From Candidatus Scatosoma sp. (lineage in GTDB: Bacteria > Bacillota > Clostridia > Christensenellales > Borkfalkiaceae): 37,418 nucleotides of DNA. This document shows, in pieces, positions 1-8,900 of this stretch. Position numbers and translations under genes: made by a program. Within the stretch, counting starts at the first letter, position 1. The number at the start of each line of letters is the position of its first letter. The notes beneath the pieces were generated by a model, which saw only the letters and a program-made list of their open reading frames with translations, was not told the origin of the DNA and did no database searches. The stretch covers positions 1 to 37,418 of the forward strand of contig JAZUQM010000051.1 of the NCBI GenBank assembly GCA_045605705.1. Reading direction: 5' to 3'.

Positions 1-880
1 TCTTTCAAAGAGCTTTCGCGGTATGTACGCCGTGAACAATTTGAATATGACCGTCCCGCAGGGCAGCATATACGGGTTTATCGGGGAAAACGGTTCGGGT
101 AAGTCCACAACGGAAAAGCTCATTTGCGGACACCTCGTCCCCGACGGCGGCGAAATTAAGCTATTTAGCAGGGATTACACGGACGCAGGCGTGCGCGTTC
201 GAATCGGCGCGCTTATCGAAAACGCGGGCTGTTTCCCGGGCTCTAGCGTGTATCAAAATTTGATGATGCAGGCGATCAATTTAGGACTTGAAAACCGCGA
301 AGAAGAAATCGACCGCGTACTTAAAATCGTACGCATGGAAGAGAGTAAATTTATCAAGTTTAAGAGCTGTTCCCTTGGCATGAAACAACGCATCGGGATT
401 GCGATGGCACTGCTTGGCGAACCCGCCCTGCTCATTTTAGACGAGCCGATTAACGGTTTGGATACTGACGGGATGCGGATTATGCGGGAAATCCTCGTAG
501 ATATTACAAAGACCTACGGCTGTACCGTTTTGATTTCTTCGCATATCTTAGGCGAGTTGGAAAAGATTGCAACCCACTACGGCATTATCCGTCAAGGAAA
601 AATGATTATGGAGCTTTCCGCAAAGGATATGGAAAACCGTGCACGCGTGTTCACTTCCTTGAAAACCGCAGATATGCAGGGCGCCTTGCAAGCGTTAAAG
701 GAAAAGTACCCTTCCGTGCGCTTAGAAGAGGAGTATCTCCGCGTTTACGACGTAGACAACACCGAAGAAATCGTAGAATACCTTATCAAAAAAGGTTACG
801 TGGTCAATGAAATCAAGAAAAATAAAATCGGCTTAGAAGAATATTACGTCGAGCTGATGAGCCAAAAGGAGAACGAGTGA
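1..880 (+). CDS. ABC transporter ATP-binding protein, 5' end cut by window edge
   Basis: Walker A GENGSGKST, signature SLGMKQR, Walker B LLILDEP and H-loop SSHIL are present. The frame stays open back to base 2 (LSKSFRG...) and aligns with the N-terminus of the paralog at 1717..2619. Confidence 0.9.
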   Translation, partial: LSKSFRGMYAVNNLNMTVPQGSIYGFIGENGSGKSTTEKLICGHLVPDGGEIKLFSRDYTDAGVRVRIGALIENAGCFPGSSVYQNLMMQAINLGLENREEEIDRVLKIVRMEESKFIKFKSCSLGMKQRIGIAMALLGEPALLILDEPINGLDTDGMRIMREILVDITKTYGCTVLISSHILGELEKIATHYGIIRQGKMIMELSAKDMENRARVFTSLKTADMQGALQALKEKYPSVRLEEEYLRVYDVDNTEEIVEYLIKKGYVVNEIKKNKIGLEEYYVELMSQKENE

Positions 881-881
881 T

Positions 882-1706
882 ATGGAAAAGCAATTAACGT
901 TTGAATCCCCTACCTTTAAGCAAAGAATCAAGGGTATGCTCGGTGTAGACTTTTACCGCTTATTCCATACCCCTCTCTTTTATATCTTCTTAGGCATAGC
1001 CGCAATTATTCCCGCCATGCTCATCGCCATGACGGGTATGGCAGGACCGAATGGAGAACCTGCGCAGCCGCTTTTTACCAACGTTTGGCAGGCGATTGCA
1101 GCCGATACCCCTATCTACGGCTTTGAGGGGATTGAAAAATACGCAAACATGAATATGGTATTCATTTTCGGCGGGATTATGGTTTCCATATTTATCGGGC
1201 ACGATTACAAAAGCGGTTACGTAAAACAGCTCTTTACAACGCATGCGAAAAAGCAGGATTATATGATCAGCAAATCCTTAACCTGCGCCTTTGCAATGGT
1301 ATGTATGTGCGTTACGTACTTATTCGGCGGTATCGTAGCGGGCGCGCTTACACAAACCTCCTTTGCGGCAAACGCAGGCAATCTCATTTGCGCAATCCTC
1401 GGCAAAATGATTATGAGCTTGGGTTGGGCAAGCCTTTACACCTTCTTAAATATCATTTTTAGAAAGTATTTCGGCGTATCGATTGCCTCGTCTTTCTTCT
1501 TTGGAACGGGTATTTTGGTTATCGCCGTGGGCTCTATCGCCGGCAATACCCCTCTTTTGAACGTATTCCTGTACGGCTCGTCCGTGTACGCCTGCCTGTC
1601 GAGTAATATTTGGTCGGTGGTCGTTTGCTTGGTTGTGTCCGTGGCGTGGACGGGTATCTATAACGTTTTGGGCACGCATATTTTAGAGAACAGCGACGTC
1701 TATTAA
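882..1706 (+). CDS. ABC-2 type transporter permease (multi-pass membrane protein)
   Basis: It starts 2 nt after the ATPase stop. It has about 6 hydrophobic segments and is arranged like the 2621..3415 paralog. Confidence 0.75.
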   Translation: MEKQLTFESPTFKQRIKGMLGVDFYRLFHTPLFYIFLGIAAIIPAMLIAMTGMAGPNGEPAQPLFTNVWQAIAADTPIYGFEGIEKYANMNMVFIFGGIMVSIFIGHDYKSGYVKQLFTTHAKKQDYMISKSLTCAFAMVCMCVTYLFGGIVAGALTQTSFAANAGNLICAILGKMIMSLGWASLYTFLNIIFRKYFGVSIASSFFFGTGILVIAVGSIAGNTPLLNVFLYGSSVYACLSSNIWSVVVCLVVSVAWTGIYNVLGTHILENSDVY

Positions 1707-1716
1707 GGAGAACGCT

Positions 1717-2619
1717 ATGAACGCTATTGAAATAAGAAATTTAACCAAAAATTTTGGGGAAAAACAAGCTCTTCAAGGCTTGAATATGACCGTGCCCGAG
1801 GGTAGCATATACGGGTTTATCGGGGAAAACGGTTCGGGAAAATCCACGACGGAAAAGATTATTTGCGGGCTTATCCACCCTTCGGGCGGCAGTGTAAAGC
1901 TCTACGGCAAAGACCATACCGACGCCGAGGTTAGAGCGAAAATCGGCGTCTTAATTGAAAGCCCCGGCTGTTTTCCAAATATGACCGTTTGGAACAACCT
2001 GATGCTGCAAGCGGCGAATTTGGATATCCAAAATCCCGAAGAAGAAATACGGAAAATGTTGACCCTCGTCCGCATGGAAGGCGCGGCGGGCAATAAATAT
2101 AAGAATTGCTCGTTGGGTATGAAACAGCGTATCGGTATTGCCATGGCGCTGCTTGGCAATCCTGCACTGCTCGTTTTAGACGAGCCGATTAACGGACTGG
2201 ACGCAGACGGCATGCGCATTATGCGCGAGGTCTTGGTGGACATTGCAAACCACGGCGCAACGATTGTCATTTCCTCGCACATCTTGGGCGAGTTGGAAAA
2301 AATTGCAACCCACTACGGTATCGTCCGCGGGGGGAAAATGATTGCTGAAATGACGGCGGAAGAGCTCGAAAACAGCTGCCGCACCTTTATCTCCGTCGGC
2401 GTGAAACAAAAGGAACTTGCAAAGGCGCTTTTGAACCGTAAATATGTACGCGTAGAAGAAGACGAAAACGGCTTTATCCGTGTTTACGACCAAACTACGC
2501 CCGAAGAAATCGTTAGCTATTTGTACGATAATTGCATGCTCGTAAACGAAATCAAAACGGATAAAATCGGCTTGGAAGAATATTATATCGACCTTATGAA
2601 TGGCAAAGGAGCAAGATAA
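1717..2619 (+). CDS. ABC transporter ATP-binding protein (tandem paralog)
   Basis: Walker A GENGSGKST, SLGMKQR, LLVLDEP and SSHIL are present. An SD AAGGAG lies upstream of the ATG. Confidence 0.92.
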   Translation: MNAIEIRNLTKNFGEKQALQGLNMTVPEGSIYGFIGENGSGKSTTEKIICGLIHPSGGSVKLYGKDHTDAEVRAKIGVLIESPGCFPNMTVWNNLMLQAANLDIQNPEEEIRKMLTLVRMEGAAGNKYKNCSLGMKQRIGIAMALLGNPALLVLDEPINGLDADGMRIMREVLVDIANHGATIVISSHILGELEKIATHYGIVRGGKMIAEMTAEELENSCRTFISVGVKQKELAKALLNRKYVRVEEDENGFIRVYDQTTPEEIVSYLYDNCMLVNEIKTDKIGLEEYYIDLMNGKGAR

Positions 2620-2620
2620 T

Positions 2621-3415
2621 ATGGGATTTTCTAAAAGAGTAAAAAGTATGCTGAAGGTAGATACGAAAAGACTGTTTATCAGCCCTTTCTTTTACATTAT
2701 GGTAGGGATTTCGTTTGTCGTGCCCATTCTCATTTTGGTGATGACCACCATGATGGACGGAACGGTCAGCACGAATCCGCAAACGGGGGAACAAACGGTC
2801 ATGAAAGGCTTCGATTACGTTTGGCAAATCCTCGGTTCGGTCAGCGCTTCAGGAGATAGCACGGGGGCAGGTATGAGTATGGACCTCGTAAGCATGTGCA
2901 ATATCAATATGATGTACTTTGCGATAGCGGCGTTGGTTTGCGTATTCGTTTGCGAGGATTTTAGAAGCGGTTACGCGAAAAACCTCTTTACCGTCCGTGC
3001 GAAAAAGAGCGATTACGTCGTTTCCAAAACGCTCGTCGGGTCTATCGGCGGCGCGGCAATGATTTTGGCATTTGTGCTTGGCGCTCTTATCGGGGGCGGA
3101 GTTTCTAGCCTTCCCTTTGAAATGGTTGGATTTAACTCTTTTAATTTGTTTTGTTCCATTCTTACGAAAGTATTGCTCGTACCCATTTTTGTTTCTATCT
3201 TCTTAACCATGAGCGTTATCGGTAAACAAAAAACGTGGCTTGCTATATGCCTTTCGCTTGGTATCGGTATGTTCCTGTTTATGATGATTTCTATCGCAAG
3301 TCCGCTTGACGCAGGGCTCATCCATATCCTTTTATGCTTAGTAGGCAGCTTAGGGTTTGGGGCAGGCTTGGGCGCAATCAGCAATTTGATATTAAAGAAA
3401 ACGAGTTTGGTATAA
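2621..3415 (+). CDS. ABC-2 type transporter permease (tandem paralog)
   Basis: It is a hydrophobic multi-pass protein. I prefer the ATG at 2621 (AAGGAG at 2606-2611, 9-nt spacer) over the ORF-track start at 2600, which overlaps the ATPase by 20 nt. Confidence 0.75.
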   Translation: MGFSKRVKSMLKVDTKRLFISPFFYIMVGISFVVPILILVMTTMMDGTVSTNPQTGEQTVMKGFDYVWQILGSVSASGDSTGAGMSMDLVSMCNINMMYFAIAALVCVFVCEDFRSGYAKNLFTVRAKKSDYVVSKTLVGSIGGAAMILAFVLGALIGGGVSSLPFEMVGFNSFNLFCSILTKVLLVPIFVSIFLTMSVIGKQKTWLAICLSLGIGMFLFMMISIASPLDAGLIHILLCLVGSLGFGAGLGAISNLILKKTSLV

Positions 3416-3420
3416 GAAAA

Positions 3421-3447
3421 ATCGGGCGAAAAACGCCCGATTTTTTA
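3421..3447 (+). terminator. Intrinsic terminator after the ABC operon
   Basis: Hairpin ATCGGGCG-AAAAA-CGCCCGAT followed by a T-run. Confidence 0.8.
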
Positions 3448-3564
3448 TTCTTTACAAAACCTTTACAAAACATTATCAAACTGCTTACAGTATTTTATTA
3501 AAACGCAAACAACCCTTTCGTATACTATAAGTACAAAGTAAAACGAAATAAGGAGAACTACAAA

Positions 3565-3906
3565 ATGACTACTGAAACGAAAACGATTGAACGAATCCGC
3601 GCGAGCTATACGCCGAGAACGATTACCAAATTTGACGAATTAAAAGCGCTTGACAGAAAGGTAAAACGCCCTGCTCAAATTTTTGCTTACGTTTACGGTT
3701 CTATTTCCTCTTTAGTGCTTGGCACGGGTATGTGTTTAGCCATGAAAGTGATTGGCAATAGTATGGTGCTTGGCGTTGGTGTTGGGCTTGTTGGGATTGC
3801 TCTTACCCTTACCACGTACCCTATTTTTAATGCAATACTCAAGAGAAGAAAAAACAAATATGCAAAGCAAATTTTTGAACTTTCGGACAGTTTATTAAAT
3901 AAGTAA
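3565..3906 (+). CDS. Small membrane protein, unknown function (2 predicted TM segments)
   Basis: SD AAGGAG lies 9 nt upstream. The protein has a polar N-terminus, then two hydrophobic helices, then a basic tail. Confidence 0.6.
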   Translation: MTTETKTIERIRASYTPRTITKFDELKALDRKVKRPAQIFAYVYGSISSLVLGTGMCLAMKVIGNSMVLGVGVGLVGIALTLTTYPIFNAILKRRKNKYAKQIFELSDSLLNK

Positions 3907-4159
3907 AGCTTATTAAACGGCAAATCGGTAAGCGCGGCTATAATATAGAGATTTCCTCAAACGATTTATCCAAGGCTTATCTACACAAAGAAGGACTGAA
4001 ATTTTTCTATAATTTTTAACCTAATTTTAGCCCGATTTTACTCCCCAAACCCACGTATTATCGCTAAAAAGGCACAAAAAAACGGGCATTTTTAACGAAA
4101 AAACCGCTAAAATGCCCATTTTGTGAAGGGCGGACAAAAAAGATATTTTCGTGAGTTTT

Positions 4160-4347
4160 TGTATGGACTTGAACTCGTGCGCCACATCACGCCGTGAGGC
4201 GTGTATGGAATCAATGCAAAGCATTGTATGGAATCCGTTGCAAGACGGTATGGAATCAAGCCGCAGAAAATACACCTTTGGTGATGCCATGTGCCTTTGG
4301 CAATACCATACACGCTTGCGCGTGATTCCATACCAAGCCTGCGGCTT
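4160..4347. repeat. Hairpin-interleaved short-repeat array A (core GTATGGAAT direct, then inverted)
   Basis: Direct cores lie at 4202-4211, 4226-4235 and 4248-4257, with a degenerate one at 4160-4168. Inverted cores lie at 4324-4333, with degenerate ones at 4284-4291 and 4303-4310. They are separated by unique 11-16 nt hairpins at 4188-4203, 4212-4226, 4235-4248, 4273-4283, 4292-4302 and 4311-4324. Confidence 0.7.
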
Positions 4348-4351
4348 GAAT

Positions 4352-4387
4352 AAAAAAATCGACAAGTCGAAACTTGTCGATTTTTTT
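4352..4387. terminator. Bidirectional intrinsic terminator abutting the tRNA-Gln 3' end
   Basis: An A-run, the hairpin ATCGACAAGT-CGAA-ACTTGTCGAT, then a T-run. Confidence 0.75.
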
Positions 4388-4461
4388 GGCTGGGGCGAAG
4401 TGATTCGAACACCCGAATGACGGAGTCAGAGTCCGTTGCCTTACCGCTTGGCGACGCCCCA
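4387..4461 (-). tRNA. tRNA-Gln (anticodon CUG), CCA encoded
   Basis: Manual cloverleaf: acceptor TGGGGCG/CGCCCCA, D arm GCCA-AGCGGTAA-GGCA, anticodon arm ACGGA-CTCTGAC-TCCGT, T arm GGGTG-TTCGAAT-CACTT, discriminator G plus CCA. The layout closely parallels E. coli tRNA-Gln. Confidence 0.9.
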
Positions 4462-4634
4462 AAATGTAGAACTTACCGTTCACTTTACGTGCGTTATTTT
4501 ATCAAACTTTTTTGCTTTTGGCAAGCGTTTTCATACCCTTTTAAGAACTTTTTTCAAATTTCGACGAAAAAAGTCCGCACTCCTCTTTTTTCGCGCGGTT
4601 TTCTATTTTATCATGAGAAAAAAAGGAGTTTTTT

Positions 4635-5198
4635 ATGTTACTGAAAGATATCACTGATAAGCCTATTCTCGTAGGCGACAGCTTCCAAGGCGTTTGCCGA
4701 GGGGTTGGGATTTCCTTGAAAACCTACGCCGTAAAATACCTGCTTTGCGCAAGCACCGCTACGCAATCCGCACCCGATTTTGCCGTTGGCGTAACCGCAA
4801 TACAAACCGTTGACGATGCAATCCGCCTTATAAGACTTAGGGCGGTATACCCCAAGTCCTGCGCAAAAATCTTCTTAGGCGCGCCCGTCTATTCGTTCGA
4901 GGGCGGATACCTTGGAAAAGTTGCCGATTTGCAAATGCAGAATTTTATAACGACTGCACTTATCACCGACCGCGAGGAACGCTTTTCCGCGACCTCGCTT
5001 TATGCCTGCTCGGATGCGGTTATTCTCAAAAAAGAACAGCCCTATCCCTTAGGTCAACGCATACCTGCCCCTTATCTTTCTCTTATCGACGGCAAAAAAG
5101 ACGGTGTGGTTACCAAGCCCGTTTTACGGGCGGCGATTGAACGTCGGGCTTTGATCAACCTTACTCTTTCTCTACCCCCGTTTCGCATAGAGCTCTAA
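4635..5198 (+). CDS. Hypothetical protein, possibly two PRC-barrel-like (YlmC/YmxH-like) repeats
   Basis: SD AAAGGAG lies upstream. The family assignment rests only on motif resemblance by eye and is weak. Confidence 0.6.
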   Translation: MLLKDITDKPILVGDSFQGVCRGVGISLKTYAVKYLLCASTATQSAPDFAVGVTAIQTVDDAIRLIRLRAVYPKSCAKIFLGAPVYSFEGGYLGKVADLQMQNFITTALITDREERFSATSLYACSDAVILKKEQPYPLGQRIPAPYLSLIDGKKDGVVTKPVLRAAIERRALINLTLSLPPFRIEL

Positions 5199-5827
5199 AC
5201 GGCGTACTTTGCCGAAAGCTTAATCAAGAACGAACACAAATCATTGACGGCGCGAAGATCTCCCGTCGTCCACCCCTCCTTTTGTAAATATAAAGAGAAG
5301 GCGTTTTCCAACTCGTTCGCTTGTAAGCGTTCGGCAGGGGATAACGGAGCTTCTTTCAATTTTTTCAAAAGCGCACTTGCGTAGGCAAGCTTTAAGGGCG
5401 GTTCTTCCCCGCTCTCCTCCTCAGGTTTCAAAACGGTATTCAACCTTGTACGGACAAATACGTTTTCTTTATCAGGCAGGGTAAATTGCAATCTCCGCCG
5501 TAATTCCGCGCGCTTTGCTCTGCGCTCGGCAACCCGTTTTTTTATTCCCAATAAACCCGATAAAAAAAGATAGGTACAGCCTGTAAAAACAAACAATACC
5601 CCGCCCCCGATCAGTCTTGTAACCGAGCTTTCTATCAGTGCGGCAAGCGCGATGAACGCAGCGCCCAAAACAAGCGCGGACATAGCGGCAAAACAGCCTG
5701 CATTGTCCAAAAAATACCCAAGCAGCACCCCCAGCAGTAGCGTACCTGCGGCAATCAAAGTAACGACAAGCAATATCTTCTCCTCAGCATAAACGCCGTA
5801 TAACCACTCAAAAATCCACATATACAA
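5195..5827 (-). CDS. Membrane protein, unknown function (N-terminal TM helices, charged C-terminal domain)
   Basis: SD GGAGG lies 9 nt upstream of the ATG. The protein has three or four hydrophobic segments followed by an RRAKRAELRRR linker. Confidence 0.6.
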   Translation of the reverse strand: MYMWIFEWLYGVYAEEKILLVVTLIAAGTLLLGVLLGYFLDNAGCFAAMSALVLGAAFIALAALIESSVTRLIGGGVLFVFTGCTYLFLSGLLGIKKRVAERRAKRAELRRRLQFTLPDKENVFVRTRLNTVLKPEEESGEEPPLKLAYASALLKKLKEAPLSPAERLQANELENAFSLYLQKEGWTTGDLRAVNDLCSFLIKLSAKYAV

Positions 5828-5828
5828 A

Positions 5829-5860
5829 GCCTCCTTTTAGGTTTTTCCCAAAAAGGAGGC
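5829..5860 (-). terminator. Hairpin after addA; its 3' arm contains the SD of the next gene
   Basis: GCCTCCTTTT...AAAAGGAGGC forms a 10-bp stem. On the minus strand it is followed by TTTGTATATG, the start of 5195..5827. Confidence 0.4.
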
Positions 5861-5900
5861 TCGCATTTTTTCATATTTTCGAAAATTTTGTCAAAGCGCG

Positions 5901-8900
5901 TCAAAACTTGAAATCCACTTGAAATCCGTAGTAGAGGCTGACAATGGAACAACGGATTTTCTCCAAGGGGATACGCATAATTTTGGAAACCGCTCTTCGA
6001 TACAAATCCAGCTGCGGTGCGTAGTGCTTTTTAAGATATTCCGCGCCCCCGCGGGAGAATTTATAATCGATGATTTGCACTTCGCCGTCCTCACCCACGG
6101 CAAGAAGATCTATCGCGCCTTGGAAGATAATCTCCTCTTGATTTTCCCCAAGCCGCACATTATCCACGCCCTCTTTCTTTGCATAGGTGTCCGCAATCGG
6201 CAAGGATACAAGAAATTTTTGCTCTTTATACAGCCGCTTGCCTTGCAAGCTTCTAAACACGGGGTTAGACAAAATTTCCACAAGCTTATCTTCATTCATC
6301 TCGCCCATGTCCCCGCCGTTTTGCCTTTTGATAAGCTCTTGCAAAAGCGGTTTTTCTATCAAGTTCCCCTCGCCGCCATATAGCAATGAGAAATCGAATT
6401 TTTCCAAAAAAGCATGGTAGGCAATACCCGCCTCTTTGCTCGTCGCGCCCTTTTTATCGTACTCCTCATCCTCGTCAAAGAAGGTCTGCATATCGTCTTC
6501 CTCGCCGTAAACAGGTTTTGCAAGGAGTTGCGTCGCCGAGCTTTTTGCCGGCAAGTTTTCCAACCCCTCAAAGGAATATTCCCACAAAAACGCACGCATG
6601 ATTTCTCTTGCCAACTCCTCATCGGGACGGAATACAAGCGCAGTGCGCTCCTGCTTAGGGATTTCCGCCATACTATCCTCCACGACGTATTCCTGCCAAA
6701 CGGAGAAATCGGTAAATTCGGCAAAAGAGCGGGCAAACCTTACGTCCGGCATCGCCGTAGGGCCTTCGAAAACCATATGCAAGCCGTACTTCGCGCGGGT
6801 GAGCGCTACGTAATACAAATTCAAACCGTCCGCGCGGGAGCTTTCCGCCTCGTTTTGCTCGTGCAAACGCCGAAGAAGGGTGGTGGACTTGGTCATGCTA
6901 CCCTCGTCGAAGGCGTAAGGCGCAAGCCCGTACTTTTCCTCCACCTCCACTTCATCTCTATCAATACCGCGGAAAGGCGCGCTTAGATTATCCAAAATGA
7001 CGATAGGGTATTCCAATCCTTTGGACGAATGCATGGTAAGCACCTTGACCGAATCCTCGCCGCCGTTTTCGCTATATTCAATCTTATAACCCAAATCGCG
7101 CAATCTATCCAAAAAGGCATGCACACAAAGGGGCTCGGGCGAGCCTGCCTCTTCGATAAAACGGCGTATACGCTTGACCGCAGCCACACCGTTTGTGCGT
7201 GCAAGCAGGTCGCTTTCCATTCTCGTTTGCGAAACGATACGGGTAAGCAGCTCTCCCACGTCCAACACACGGGAAAGCACACGAAGTTCTTCAAAATAAG
7301 TGTAAAACTTTTTCAGCTTATGTGCCAAGAAGTCCTTTTGCTCTGCGGCGTAACGTTTGCATGCCGTTCTAAAAAACTTCTCGTCCTTATACGCCAAACG
7401 AATATCCGTCAAATCGTCCGCCGTCAAATTTCCTACTGCGGAAAGAAGGACGCTGCAAAGCGCAATATCCTGCGCCCCGTTATCGATCAGTGAAAGCAAG
7501 TCAATCAAGGCTTTGATTTCTGTAAACTCGCAAATATTTACAGCAGCCGCGGCATTGACGGGTATCCCCTCCGCCGCAAGCGATTCTACAGTGCGGGCAA
7601 TTTGCCCCTGTTTTTTGCGCGAAAGCACGGCGATATCCGCATACCTCACGGCGCGGTATTCCCCCGTGTCGGGGTCGAAAAACTGATTATGCCGTTCGTC
7701 CTCGATAATCGCGCGAATGATTTTTGCAAGCAAGCTTTCCTCTGCCGCCCGTTTTCCCGCCTGCGCCTTTACCGAGTACACCCCGCGCTTTTCGGCGGGC
7801 TTTTTTTCTTCCTTGCCGACGAAGTGTATACTTACCTTACCGCTATTCGGCTCATACCTGCCCCCCTTCTCCATGCGGGAATCGCGGGCATAGTCCACCG
7901 AACAGGTCTTGGGCGTCATGGCCAAGGAAAACTGTGCATTGACCGCGTCGAGCACCTTATCCGCGCTCCTGAAATTGCGGGTCATAAACAAGTTTTGTCC
8001 ATCGCCGTTTTCAAACTCTTGCTGTTTTTCCACGAAGAAGCGGGACTTGCTCCCTCTAAACCCGTAAATCGCCTGTTTGACGTCGCCGACAAGGAACAGG
8101 TTCTCCCCGCTCAAACGGGAAATTAACTCCTCTTGCACGGGATTGACGTCTTGATACTCGTCCACAAACACGTAGCGGTATTTTTGCCTGAGCTCTTGTA
8201 CAACCTCCTCGTTACTCAAAAGGGCAAGCGCTTTATGCTCCAAGTCATTATAATCAAGCACCCCTCTATCCGCTTTGAGCGCCTCGTATTTATCATCAAA
8301 GCGGAGCAGGTATTCGCCAAGCGCCTCCGCCGTTTCTCCTGAGCGCAGGAAATTTGCAAGCTCTTCCTCCCGCGTTTTGGTTTTGGAAAGCTCGTCGTCG
8401 TAAATCTTGACGATGCGCCCTTTCAAAAACGCCAAACGCTGAATATGCAATAGCTTTTCCGCGCTGTCCTTTTTGGACGAACGGTTAACGCTAAATTTCG
8501 GCTTTTGCACGGCGCAAGCGGAAAAATAGTCCTTTGCGCTTACCGTTTGCTCTAAAAGGTCAATAAGCTCCTCGCAAAGGGCAAGCTGACCGCTTCCCTC
8601 AAAGCCAAGAAAGTACGCGCGTTCGTCCTCGACAAGTTCGCGATAATATACGCACTTTTCGTCCAACTTTTTCTTCAAGTCAGCGCAAATCTTATCAAAG
8701 GTATCCTCGTCGTAACCTTTGCAATTTTTCAAATACTCCCGATAATCGGCACGGTTTCTCAAATGCTCGTACGCGGTTAGAAAAAGCTTGCGCAAGGTCT
8801 TGTCGCTTTTCTTTCTCCAATACACGGAAAGAAGATGATAAAACTTTTCCTCTTTTTGCTCGTAGCCTTCTTCAAACAGCTCGTCCAAAGCCGCATTTTT

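Noticed and set aside
4040-4075. Partial similarity between 4035-4080 and 23945-23995 (GC..G.TTT(T)AC ... CCCA.GTATT.TC ... AAAAAG)
   Set aside because: Only about 70% identity holds over about 45 nt, with gaps. On the minus strand both look vaguely promoter-like, which could explain the shared words. This is too weak to call a repeat family without a genome-wide search.
4160-4347. CRISPR-like mini-array (short repeats with spacers)
   Set aside because: The repeats are only 9-10 nt and the spacers 11-16 nt, and each spacer is itself palindromic. Half of the repeats are inverted. No cas genes or leader are present in the window.
4027-4657. A cluster of overlapping 73-112 aa ORFs on both strands around tRNA-Gln
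   Set aside because: They overlap each other, the tRNA gene and the repeat array. They lack SDs and have junk-like composition. They are artefacts of an intergenic region without stops.
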